From: Gemmatimonadaceae bacterium
GTDB lineage: Bacteria; Gemmatimonadota; Gemmatimonadetes; Gemmatimonadales; Gemmatimonadaceae
Assembly: GCA_036278895.1 (NCBI GenBank)
Contig: DASUKE010000035.1
Location: forward strand, 15,433-79,432
Direction of reading: 5' to 3'
Length of the DNA: 64,000 bases
In this document: in pieces, positions 56,277 to 64,000 of the stretch
Layout of the letters: every line of letters starts with the position of its first letter
Position numbering within the stretch: position 1 is the first letter of the stretch
Position numbers and translations under genes: made by a program
Notes under the pieces: generated by a model
Told to the model about the DNA's origin: nothing
The model's input: the letters and a program-made list of their open reading frames with translations, nothing else
Database searches by the model: none

Positions 56277-56315
56277 CAGGAATCCTGTCAATCCCGTGAA
56301 TCCTGAAATCCTGTC
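56277..56315. repeat. Solo arm of the repeat element, upstream of the GxxExxY gene
   Basis: CAGGAATCCTGTCAATCCCGTGAATCCTGAAATCCTGTC has the same sub-repeat structure as the right arms of copies 1 and 3. Confidence 0.8.
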
Positions 56316-56498
56316 CAATGTTCTGCCAGAAAAATGGATTCTCCATTGGACTTCGCCGCACCATTATCATGCCCGCAGGAGCATTGCCCTGCGCTCCTAC
56401 GTCGCTCCCGGAACACCCGGCGCGCCAGCATCGTTTCACCAGAGTCGGAACGCGACAAGCCTGCGCCGCGCATCTTCCACTCGCAACACGGACCACCC

Positions 56499-57206
56499 AT
56501 GGATCTCTCCACCGCGAAAGTGCTCGTCACCGGCGGCAGCTCGGGAATCGGCTTCGCCACCGCCAAACGCCTCGCTGACGCCGGCGCCCGCGTCGCCATC
56601 TGCGGACGCAATGCCGCGGCGCTCCGCACCGCCGCAAAGGAAATTGGCGCCACGCCCATCGAAGCCGACGTGAGCCGCGAAGCCGACGTCGCGCGTCTCG
56701 TCGCCACCGTCATCCGCGAGCTCGGCGGCTACGACACGCTCATCAACAACGCGGGCTTTGGCCGCTTCGCGCCACTCATCGACATGACGACCGCTGACTT
56801 CCGCAGCGTCTGGGAAACCAACGTGCTCGGCGCCATGCTCGTCGCCCGCGATTCGGCGCGCCACTTCGTGCAGCAGCGCCGCGGCAATATCGTCAATGTG
56901 GCGTCGACATCCGGCCAGCGCGGCGGCGCCAATGGCACCGCCTATTCGTCGAGCAAGTTCGCGCTCGCGGGACTCACCGATGTGTGGCGCACCGAACTCC
57001 GGCAGTATGACGTGCGCGTCATGCAGATCAATCCGAGCGAGGTGCTCACGGCGTTCCGCGCTAACTCTGGCCGACCGGGTCCGGCCGAGAACCAATCCAA
57101 GCTCCACGCCGATGACATTGCCGCGGTGATCGCGGACATGCTGGCGCTGAGCGATCGCACCCTAGTGAAGGATGTTACCGTGTGGGCCACCAATCCCATT
57201 GATTGA
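56499..57206 (+). CDS. Short-chain dehydrogenase/reductase (SDR)
   Basis: ATG 56499 starts MDLSTAKVLVTGGSSGIGFATAKRL (TGxxxGIG). Motifs: NNAG, and YSSSK (YxxxK) with upstream Ser. Confidence 0.9.
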   Translation: MDLSTAKVLVTGGSSGIGFATAKRLADAGARVAICGRNAAALRTAAKEIGATPIEADVSREADVARLVATVIRELGGYDTLINNAGFGRFAPLIDMTTADFRSVWETNVLGAMLVARDSARHFVQQRRGNIVNVASTSGQRGGANGTAYSSSKFALAGLTDVWRTELRQYDVRVMQINPSEVLTAFRANSGRPGPAENQSKLHADDIAAVIADMLALSDRTLVKDVTVWATNPID

Positions 57207-57225
57207 TTGATTGATTGATTGATTG
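57198..57225. repeat. (ATTG)7 tetranucleotide microsatellite spanning the SDR stop codon
   Basis: Seven perfect ATTG units were read directly. The SDR stop TGA (57204-57206) lies inside the repeat. Confidence 0.9.
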
Positions 57226-57386
57226 GAACCGTTCGCTGAGTCGCGCCCGCGAAGCCGTGCACTACGTCATACCGGTGTCCCTTCTACGTCTTTTGTGCTA
57301 TGTGTTGTGCAGCGCTGGTCGGCGCACCTTGGAGAGTAGCTTCATGGCGTTCCTCATGACACGCTCGCTCTCACGGAGCCCTTCTC

Positions 57387-57884
57387 ATGCGCAACTTCCT
57401 CTTGCTTGTCTCAGCTGCGCTGCTTTCGGCCTGTAACCCCCTGACGGGGTTGGACTTCAATCCGGACGCCCCGCCACCAGGCCCCGTGGTAATCCCTGGG
57501 GGACTCCTTACGCCGATAATTTCCGGGACCTGGAAGGGCGAGTCCGGTGATGTCGTTTTCGCCGTTTCCTTCGGCGACGCATACTGCGACACGGTCTGCG
57601 TCGCGTCTGGCTCCGCTGTCTTTCGAAGGGATTCGACCGGCGCGTTAATCGAGGTGGGAGCGAACGCTCAACTCAGGCGTCTTGGCCACCCGTCGCTCGC
57701 GGGGACAACGATCACAATCGCCCTGGACAGCACCGGCGCGAACGGATGGCAGCAGGGAAATGAGCTGGATGGCACGTTCAGTAGCGATTCGACACTCGAT
57801 GCAGTACTCATGGGCCCGGCAAAGCAAGGCGTCGGGAACCTCATGGGCGTCGACAGCCTCCGGATCACGCTCACGCGCCAGTAG
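57387..57884 (+). CDS. Hypothetical lipoprotein (165 aa)
   Basis: MRNFLLLVSAALLSAC lipobox. No family recognised. Confidence 0.65.
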   Translation: MRNFLLLVSAALLSACNPLTGLDFNPDAPPPGPVVIPGGLLTPIISGTWKGESGDVVFAVSFGDAYCDTVCVASGSAVFRRDSTGALIEVGANAQLRRLGHPSLAGTTITIALDSTGANGWQQGNELDGTFSSDSTLDAVLMGPAKQGVGNLMGVDSLRITLTRQ

Positions 57885-57959
57885 CGCGCGTCATGCAGAT
57901 GAACGCCGGATCGCATCGGTGGATTCCGGCTTCTGCCTGAAGAGGGAACCGTGTCGGCC

Positions 57960-59879
57960 TTACCCCAGCCGCGAGAGAATCTGCGCCAGCTCCTCCGCAT
58001 TGGCGGGCCGTGCGTCCGGTTCCTTGGCCAGCAACCGCACCACGAGGTCGGACAGCGGCTGCGGAATTCCCGGATCGAGCGCCGCCGGCACGGGCGCCGG
58101 CTCGCTCAACACCTTCGCGATGAGCGCCACCGCGGAATTCGCCTCGAAGGGCACACGCCCCAGCAGACATTCGAACAGCACCACACCCGTGGCGTAGAGA
58201 TCCACCCGCGCATCGAACTCCTCGCCCAGCATCTGCTCGGGCGCCATGTAGGTCGGCGTGCCCACCGACATGCCCACCTCCGTCAGTCCGCTGGTCGCGC
58301 CCGCGAGCCGCGCGACGCCGAAGTCCATCACCTTGAGCACGCCCGAGGCATCGAGCAGCAGGTTCTGCGGTTTGATGTCCCGGTGGATCACGCCCTGGCC
58401 ATGCGCCGCCACGAGCGAGTACGCGAGCTGGCTGGCGATGGCCAGCGTGGGCGCCACGCCCAGCTTTCCGCGCGTGTCGAGCAGCTCGCGCACGGTAATG
58501 CCCTCCACGTACTCCATGGTCAGGAAGTACACGCCGTCGCGCTCACCAATGTCATGCGTGCGTACCACGTGCTTGCTCGAGATGTGACGCGCGAGACGAA
58601 TCTCCGACTTGAATCGCTCCACGAGCGATTGATCGCGCACCAGCTCGGGGAGCAGCATCTTGAGCGCCACCTGATCGCCCAGCTCGCGGTCGAGCGCGCG
58701 GTACACCATGCCCATGCCTCCGCTGCCGATCTCCTCCAGAATCTCGAACCGGCCAGCGAACAGCTCGCCCGTTGCCAGCACCGGCACCGCACGCGGAGCG
58801 GCCTGACGCGATGATTGCCGCGCTTCGCCGATCTCGCGCCTGAGTGCGTCCACCTGATTCTGCAGCCGCGCCTCGCGCGCGCGGATCTGATCGGCCATTT
58901 CATCGAACACACGGGCCAGCCGCCCCAGCTCGTCGCCGCGCCGCGCCACCTCCGCCAGTCCGCCGCTCGTGTAGCTCCCGCCTTCCATTTCCGTCGCCGC
59001 CTGGATCACGCGACTCACATCCTGCAGATACTCGAGTTCCGCATCGCGCAGCCGCTTCTTCTCCAGACAGGAGCTGATCCGCGCGCGGAGCAACACCGGG
59101 TCGAACGGTTTGGACAGATGGTCCTCGGCGCCGCGTTCGATGCAGCGCACCACGCTGGCCACGTCGTCGAGCGCCGAGATCATGATGACCGGGATGTCGC
59201 GCGTGGCGCCATTGGCCTTCATCCGCTCGAGCACGGCGAGTCCGTCGAGATCCGGCATCATCACATCCAGCAGCACCAGGTCGAAGCACGTGCGCGTGAG
59301 CATGTCGAGGGCGGGATATCCGCCCGCAGCGCTCTCCACAGTATGACCCTGCCGCCGCAACCGCCGTTCGAGCACCGCGCGATTGTCCTCCTGGTCGTCC
59401 ACCACCAGGATGTGCGCCGGCTTCACCGACGCGGCCGCGACGGTCGCGAGCACGGGATGCTCCACCGTGATGTCGCGCGCGGCCGTGCCGTGCCCCTGCG
59501 GCAGCTCCACCGTGAGCAGTCGCTCGGCGGAGCTCCGAATGCGCCGCACATCGCGTTCGAACTGGGGATCCGGCTCGCCGGAGGCGGGAGCCAGCAGTGC
59601 AGCGGTGGCGGCGACGATTCGCTCCTGCGGGCCGCGCAGCGTCGCGTGCAGCCGAACAAAGTCCGCCTCGCTGATCTCGTCGCGCGACGGCGGCACCGCG
59701 GCATTGATGATGCCGAGCAGCTCGCGGCCGGCGTCGAGCGTCTGCTCGAGCTGTGTGCGCGCCACGGGGTCCGTCGCATCCTCCAGCAGCATCTCACCAT
59801 ATCCAATGATGAGATTGAGTGGCGTGCGCAGTTCGTGGCGCAGCTCCGCCACCGCTGCCGGCGTCGTGAGTCCGGTCAT
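57960..59879 (-). CDS. Fusion protein: HisKA/DHp-like segment + receiver domain + coiled coil + Ser/Thr protein kinase (639 aa)
   Basis: ATG 59879 overlaps the upstream stop (ATGA). H-box: AELRHELRTPLNLIIGYGEMLLED, with no HATPase_c following. REC: HILVVDDQEDNRAVL...DLVLLDVMMPDLDGL...SKPF. Kinase: FEILEEIGSGGMGMVYRA, ALKML, HRDIKPQNLLL, DFG, APEQ. Confidence 0.85.
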   Translation of the reverse strand: MTGLTTPAAVAELRHELRTPLNLIIGYGEMLLEDATDPVARTQLEQTLDAGRELLGIINAAVPPSRDEISEADFVRLHATLRGPQERIVAATAALLAPASGEPDPQFERDVRRIRSSAERLLTVELPQGHGTAARDITVEHPVLATVAAASVKPAHILVVDDQEDNRAVLERRLRRQGHTVESAAGGYPALDMLTRTCFDLVLLDVMMPDLDGLAVLERMKANGATRDIPVIMISALDDVASVVRCIERGAEDHLSKPFDPVLLRARISSCLEKKRLRDAELEYLQDVSRVIQAATEMEGGSYTSGGLAEVARRGDELGRLARVFDEMADQIRAREARLQNQVDALRREIGEARQSSRQAAPRAVPVLATGELFAGRFEILEEIGSGGMGMVYRALDRELGDQVALKMLLPELVRDQSLVERFKSEIRLARHISSKHVVRTHDIGERDGVYFLTMEYVEGITVRELLDTRGKLGVAPTLAIASQLAYSLVAAHGQGVIHRDIKPQNLLLDASGVLKVMDFGVARLAGATSGLTEVGMSVGTPTYMAPEQMLGEEFDARVDLYATGVVLFECLLGRVPFEANSAVALIAKVLSEPAPVPAALDPGIPQPLSDLVVRLLAKEPDARPANAEELAQILSRLG

Positions 59880-60247
59880 TCCTGCTTCGCCAGCAGCGCC
59901 TGGATCTTGCCGAGCAACCGGTCCAGCTCCACCGGCTTCGTGTCGTAATCGTCGCACCCCGCGGCAAGCGCCTTCTCGCGATCACCCGACATGGCGTGCG
60001 CGGTGAGGCCGATGATGGGCACGTGATGATTCTCCTCCGCCTGCCGCACCCGGCGCGTCGCTTCCCAGCCATCGAGCTCCGGCAGACTCATGTCCATGAG
60101 TATGAGGTCATAGCCACCCGCGAGCGCCATGGTCACGCCTTCCAGTCCGTCCAGCGCTACCGCCACCTCGTAGCCCTTGCGGACGAGTCGCCGTGACAGC
60201 ATGTCGCGATTCATTTCGTTGTCTTCCACCAGCAGGATCTTCGTCAT
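59876..60247 (-). CDS. Single-domain response regulator (CheY-like)
   Basis: MTKILLVEDNEMNRDML...DLILMDMSLPELDGWE...TAHAM...DDYDTKPV. Confidence 0.9.
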   Translation of the reverse strand: MTKILLVEDNEMNRDMLSRRLVRKGYEVAVALDGLEGVTMALAGGYDLILMDMSLPELDGWEATRRVRQAEENHHVPIIGLTAHAMSGDREKALAAGCDDYDTKPVELDRLLGKIQALLAKQE

Positions 60248-60250
60248 TCC

Positions 60251-63127
60251 CTACCTCGTATGCTGAAGGCCATTGGCGGCGGTGTGCATCAGACTTTGAA
60301 TTTCCCGCAGCAGCGTCTCCCGGCTGAACGCGCCCTTCTGCAGTACGCCCTGGACATCGCCGTTCAGCGCGCGGCGATCCTCCGCGGTGAGATCCTTGGC
60401 GGTGATGACGATGATCGGGATGTCGCGCCACGCGTCCACCTTGCGCAACTCCGCCGCGAACTGGCTGCCGTCCATCACCGGCATCATCAGGTCGAGCAGG
60501 ATGAGCGCGGGGACGTGACGCCCGAGCGCGCCGAGCGCGGCCCGCCCGTTCTCCGCCTCCGCCACCGTCCAGCCATCGCCCTCCAGCAGCCGGCGCAGCA
60601 GGTCGCGCGTCGCCGGATCGTCCTCCACCACCAGCACGTCGCTGGCGCCGTCGCGACGATAGCGCGCCAGCACCGCGCGCATGCGATCGCGATCGATCGG
60701 CTTGGTCATGAAGTCCGACGCGCCCAGAGCGAGGCCGAGGTTCCGGTCGTCCAGCATGGTGAGCATGATCACCGGAATGTCGGCTACCTCCGGCTCTGCC
60801 TTGAGCGCCGCGAGAATCGCCCAGCCATCCATACCCGGCATGAGCACATCGAGCGTGATGGCATCGGGACGATGCTGCCGCGCGAGGGCGAGGCCGGACT
60901 CGCCGTCCGCCGCCTCGAGCACCGAGAATCCTTCACCGACGAGGAAGCGCCGGATCAGCTCGCGCGCCTGTTCGCTGTCGTCTATCACGAGCACCGTGCC
61001 GGCGCCGGTTCCGTTGCTGGCCGCGGACTTTGCGCCGGACGGCTCACCAGTGACAGGAGTTTCCACCGGAAGCCGAATGGTGAACGTCGAGCCCTGTCCC
61101 GGCTCGCTGGTCACGCTGATGTCGCCACCCATGAGCCGCGCAAAGCGGCGCGAGATGGCCAGTCCGAGACCGGTGCCCCCATAGCGCTTGCTCGTGGACG
61201 ACTCCGCCTGCGCGAACGCCTCGAACAATCTGGAGAGCTGCACATCGGTCATCCCGATGCCGGAGTCGCTCACGCGAAAGGAGATGTCCCCGGCGTCGCG
61301 CTCCACCTCGAGCCGGATCGTCCCGTGCTCCGTGAACTTGCACGCATTGGAGAGCAGGTTGAGCAGCATCTGCCGCACCTTGGTAAGGTCCGTGCGCATG
61401 CTGCCCGGCGCACCGGCGCTCACCACCAGCACGTTCGCATTCTTCTCCACGAGCGGCCGCACCGTCGTCACCACGTCGTCCACCATTCCCGCAACGTCGA
61501 ACGTCTCGAGATACAGCTCGGTCTTGCCCGCCTCGATCTTGGAGAGATCGAGAATGTCGTTGATGAGCGCGAGCAGATGCTTGCCGGCCGTACGGATGCG
61601 GCGCAGGTCGGGCGTGAGCTCCGGATGCCCGAGCTCCGTCGTCTCCTCTTCCAGCATTTCGCTGTAGCCGATGATGGCGTTGAGCGGCGTGCGCAGCTCG
61701 TGACTCATGTTCGCGAGGAACTGGCTTTTCGCGCTGTTGGCTTCCTCGGCGTCCTTGCGGGCGCGTGAGAGTTCGGTGATGTCGTGGTAGAGTCCCATGA
61801 GTCCCACGAGCTCTCCTTCCACGCGTACCGGGACGCCGAGCACTTCCACGTCCACCACGCTGCCGTCCTTGCGACGGCGCCGGCCGATGCTGCGCACCGC
61901 GCCTTCCTGCAGGACGTGCTGCGTGATGGCCACCGCTTCCGACCGCGTCGTCTCCGTGGAGATGAGATCATCCAGGTTGCGTCCCACGACCTCGTCCTGC
62001 CCGTACCCGTACAACTTCACGAATGCCGGATTGCACGACACGATGTCGTGTGCGGTGTCGAGCACGACGATGGCGACCGGGTTGTTGAGCACCAGGTCCT
62101 CGAAGTACTGCTTCTGGCGCTGCGCCGCGGTGTAGAGGCGCGCGTTCTCGATGGCCACGGCCGCCTGCGGCGCAAAGAGATTGAGCAGCCGGAGATCATC
62201 TGGCTGGAACTTTCGCGCGGGGTCATCGTGTACGCAGGCGAACGCGCCCACCAGCCGGTGCCCGATGAGCAGCGGCGCCGCCATTACCGAATGCACCTCC
62301 ACGTCGGAGTACTTGGCGGAGCGACCCAGCCACTTGTGATACTCGTCAATGCGCACCGGCTCGCGCGTGACCGCCACGTGTCCCATTGCGCCTTCCCCGA
62401 GCGACAATCGCGCGCCGGTGGAATCCACGCCAATGTTGAGACTCGCCACGATCTCCAGCTCCTGCCGGCTCTCGTCGTAGATGGCCAGCTCGCCGCCGCT
62501 CACACCCAGCAGCGTGACGGCGCGACCCAGCACGCTCGTGAGCAGCTTGCCCAGCTCCAGTTCGCCCGAGAGATCCGCGAGCGTGTCGAGCAGCGCCTGC
62601 TGCTCGTTCGCCCGCCGCCGCTCCGCGATCAATGACCGCTCCCGGTCAATGGCGATGCTCGCCTGCGTGGCGGCGGCCGTGAGGATTTCGAAGTCGTTGT
62701 CGGAAAACGCGTCGGGCTCGCTGCTCTCCACCACGAGCACGCCGAACATCTTGTCGCCGAATCCCAGCGGCACATCCACCTCGGAGCCACTGTTCAGACT
62801 GGGCAGGTATCCCGCCTCGCGCGTGACATCCGGCGTGTAGCGCAGCTTCCCGTCGTGCAGCGGGCGCTCGCTCAATCCCTGGCCGGGATGCACGCGCCAG
62901 TCCAGCGGCACGTCGGGCCATCCCACGCTCGCCTTCAGCACGCGATCGCCGGTGGTCTCATCGAGCAGGAACAGGCCGAGGAACACATAGCCGAGCGCGG
63001 GGTCGCGCAGCCCATTCACCACGGCGCGACAGATTTCCGCTTCATTGGGCGCGGCCGCGATTTCGGCGGACAACCGGAGTAGCGCTGCCTGGCGATGCGC
63101 CGCGCGCGACGGGGATTTCCGTTTCAT
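60251..63127 (-). CDS. Hybrid sensor histidine kinase: GAF-GAF-PAS-HisKA-HATPase_c-REC-REC (958 aa)
   Basis: ATG 63127 overlaps the upstream stop (ATGA). Motifs: SHELRTPLNAIIGYSEML, GTGLGLAISRRFARLMGG. Two receiver domains are present (VLVIDDSEQ...TLDVLMPGMDG; VLVVEDDPAT...LLDLMMPVMDG). Confidence 0.9.
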   Translation of the reverse strand: MKRKSPSRAAHRQAALLRLSAEIAAAPNEAEICRAVVNGLRDPALGYVFLGLFLLDETTGDRVLKASVGWPDVPLDWRVHPGQGLSERPLHDGKLRYTPDVTREAGYLPSLNSGSEVDVPLGFGDKMFGVLVVESSEPDAFSDNDFEILTAAATQASIAIDRERSLIAERRRANEQQALLDTLADLSGELELGKLLTSVLGRAVTLLGVSGGELAIYDESRQELEIVASLNIGVDSTGARLSLGEGAMGHVAVTREPVRIDEYHKWLGRSAKYSDVEVHSVMAAPLLIGHRLVGAFACVHDDPARKFQPDDLRLLNLFAPQAAVAIENARLYTAAQRQKQYFEDLVLNNPVAIVVLDTAHDIVSCNPAFVKLYGYGQDEVVGRNLDDLISTETTRSEAVAITQHVLQEGAVRSIGRRRRKDGSVVDVEVLGVPVRVEGELVGLMGLYHDITELSRARKDAEEANSAKSQFLANMSHELRTPLNAIIGYSEMLEEETTELGHPELTPDLRRIRTAGKHLLALINDILDLSKIEAGKTELYLETFDVAGMVDDVVTTVRPLVEKNANVLVVSAGAPGSMRTDLTKVRQMLLNLLSNACKFTEHGTIRLEVERDAGDISFRVSDSGIGMTDVQLSRLFEAFAQAESSTSKRYGGTGLGLAISRRFARLMGGDISVTSEPGQGSTFTIRLPVETPVTGEPSGAKSAASNGTGAGTVLVIDDSEQARELIRRFLVGEGFSVLEAADGESGLALARQHRPDAITLDVLMPGMDGWAILAALKAEPEVADIPVIMLTMLDDRNLGLALGASDFMTKPIDRDRMRAVLARYRRDGASDVLVVEDDPATRDLLRRLLEGDGWTVAEAENGRAALGALGRHVPALILLDLMMPVMDGSQFAAELRKVDAWRDIPIIVITAKDLTAEDRRALNGDVQGVLQKGAFSRETLLREIQSLMHTAANGLQHTR

Positions 63128-64000
63128 TGCGCCGCCACCACCGCCCGCACTTCGGTGAGCAGCGCGTCCGCGTCCAGCACGTGCTTGTGCAGTACGCGCT
63201 CCACGCCGCCGCTCAGCCGGCGCCGGTCTTCCGCGGTCACCGTTTTCGCCGTGATGACGACCACAGGAATGCCCCGACACACCTCATCACGACGCATTGC
63301 GTCAAGAAATTCAAATCCGTCCATCTCCGGCATCAGCAGATCGAGCAGCACCAGCGCCGGACGTTCGGCCGCAATCCGATCCAGCGCCACACGTCCGTTC
63401 TCGGCTTCGGTCACGGTCCAGCCAGCCCTGGTGAGCGTCCGCTGCAGTAGCGTCCGCGTCTGCCGGTCGTCTTCCACCACGAGCACGCCTCCCGCACTGG
63501 CGCTGGGCACGTAGCGCTTGACGAGAGCGGCGAGCCGTTTGCGTTCAATGGGTTTCGTGAGGTATTCCGACGCGCCGAGCGCGAAGCCCAGATTGCGGTC
63601 CTCGACTATGGTCTGGAGAATCACCGGTGTCGCGGCGAGAGCAGGATCCGCCTTGAGCGCTGCAAGCACCGCCCAGCCATCCATGCCCGGCATGAGGATG
63701 TCGAGCGTGATGAGATGCGGGTGGAGTTCCCTCGCGAGCCGCAGTCCGGTTTCGCCATCGGCCGCTTCCACGACGTCGTACCCCTCGCGCGAGAGCACGC
63801 GCCGGGTGATCGCGCGAACCGCGGGATCATCGTCAATGACGAGCACCAGTCCGGATTTCGCGCCATTCCTCTCGGACGCAGGACTCTCCGCCTGCTCGCC
63901 CGCGTTGACAGGCAGCCGCACCAGGAAGGTGGAGCCGCGCCCGGGCTCGCTGGTCACGGACACCGTGCCGCCCATCAGCTCGCAGAATCGCCGGGTGATC
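63124..64000 (-). CDS. Hybrid histidine kinase, C-terminal part only (HATPase_c end + two REC domains); the 5' end is outside the window
   Basis: The frame stays open to position 64000. The sequence reads ...ELMGGTVSVTSEPGRGSTFLVRLPV, then LVLVIDDDPAVRAI...TLDILMPGMDG and VLVVEDDRQTRTLL...LLDLLMPEMDG. Confidence 0.85.
   Translation of the reverse strand, partial: ITRRFCELMGGTVSVTSEPGRGSTFLVRLPVNAGEQAESPASERNGAKSGLVLVIDDDPAVRAITRRVLSREGYDVVEAADGETGLRLARELHPHLITLDILMPGMDGWAVLAALKADPALAATPVILQTIVEDRNLGFALGASEYLTKPIERKRLAALVKRYVPSASAGGVLVVEDDRQTRTLLQRTLTRAGWTVTEAENGRVALDRIAAERPALVLLDLLMPEMDGFEFLDAMRRDEVCRGIPVVVITAKTVTAEDRRRLSGGVERVLHKHVLDADALLTEVRAVVAAQ

Noticed and set aside
55470-56315. Possible CRISPR array suggested by closely spaced CAGGATT-containing repeats.
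   Set aside because: The repeats are 8-10 nt sub-units arranged as inverted arms, not 25-40 nt direct repeats with unique spacers of constant length. There are no cas genes in the window.

Overview
This is a visibly GC-rich bacterial chromosomal window. The gene content includes PadR plus ADOP-type duplicated FtsX permeases, many secreted peptidases and TPR-type Ser/Thr kinases. That mix fits Acidobacteriota- or Gemmatimonadota-like genomes, but this is inference only. I call about 55 protein-coding genes. I saw no rRNA, tRNA or CRISPR array. Many track ORFs are GC-driven antisense shadows or N-terminal over-extensions. I re-set starts using in-frame ATG/GTG codons, Shine-Dalgarno-like purine runs and a recurrent ATGA stop/start overlap. 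Both window edges carry long ORFs that the track omits or truncates because one end lies outside the window: 1..3391(-) and 63124..64000(-). The most accessory-looking region is the left ~9.3 kb. It holds a >1130-codon unannotated ORF, a lower-GC patch with an SNF2-helicase C-terminal remnant and orphan ORFs, and the best candidate for something new. That candidate is two translationally coupled MvdD/MdnC-like ATP-grasp genes (one apparently degenerate) followed by a 166-aa protein with an (EKx)8 Lys/Glu repeat. It could be a graspetide-like isopeptide cross-linking system with an atypical substrate. Other points worth a second look: (1) a ~145-155 bp element with 35-nt inverted arms, present in 3 full copies plus solo arms, one set bracketing a GxxExxY (PD-(D/E)XK) gene; (2) a Ser/Thr kinase, S1-protease-like (catalytic Ser->Thr) and nitrilase-superfamily operon; (3) a four-gene phosphorelay ending in a DHp-REC-Ser/Thr-kinase fusion; (4) two type II TA modules; (5) a peptidase-rich block (S9, M1, S9, M28, S15); (6) several small tandem repeats and palindromes.
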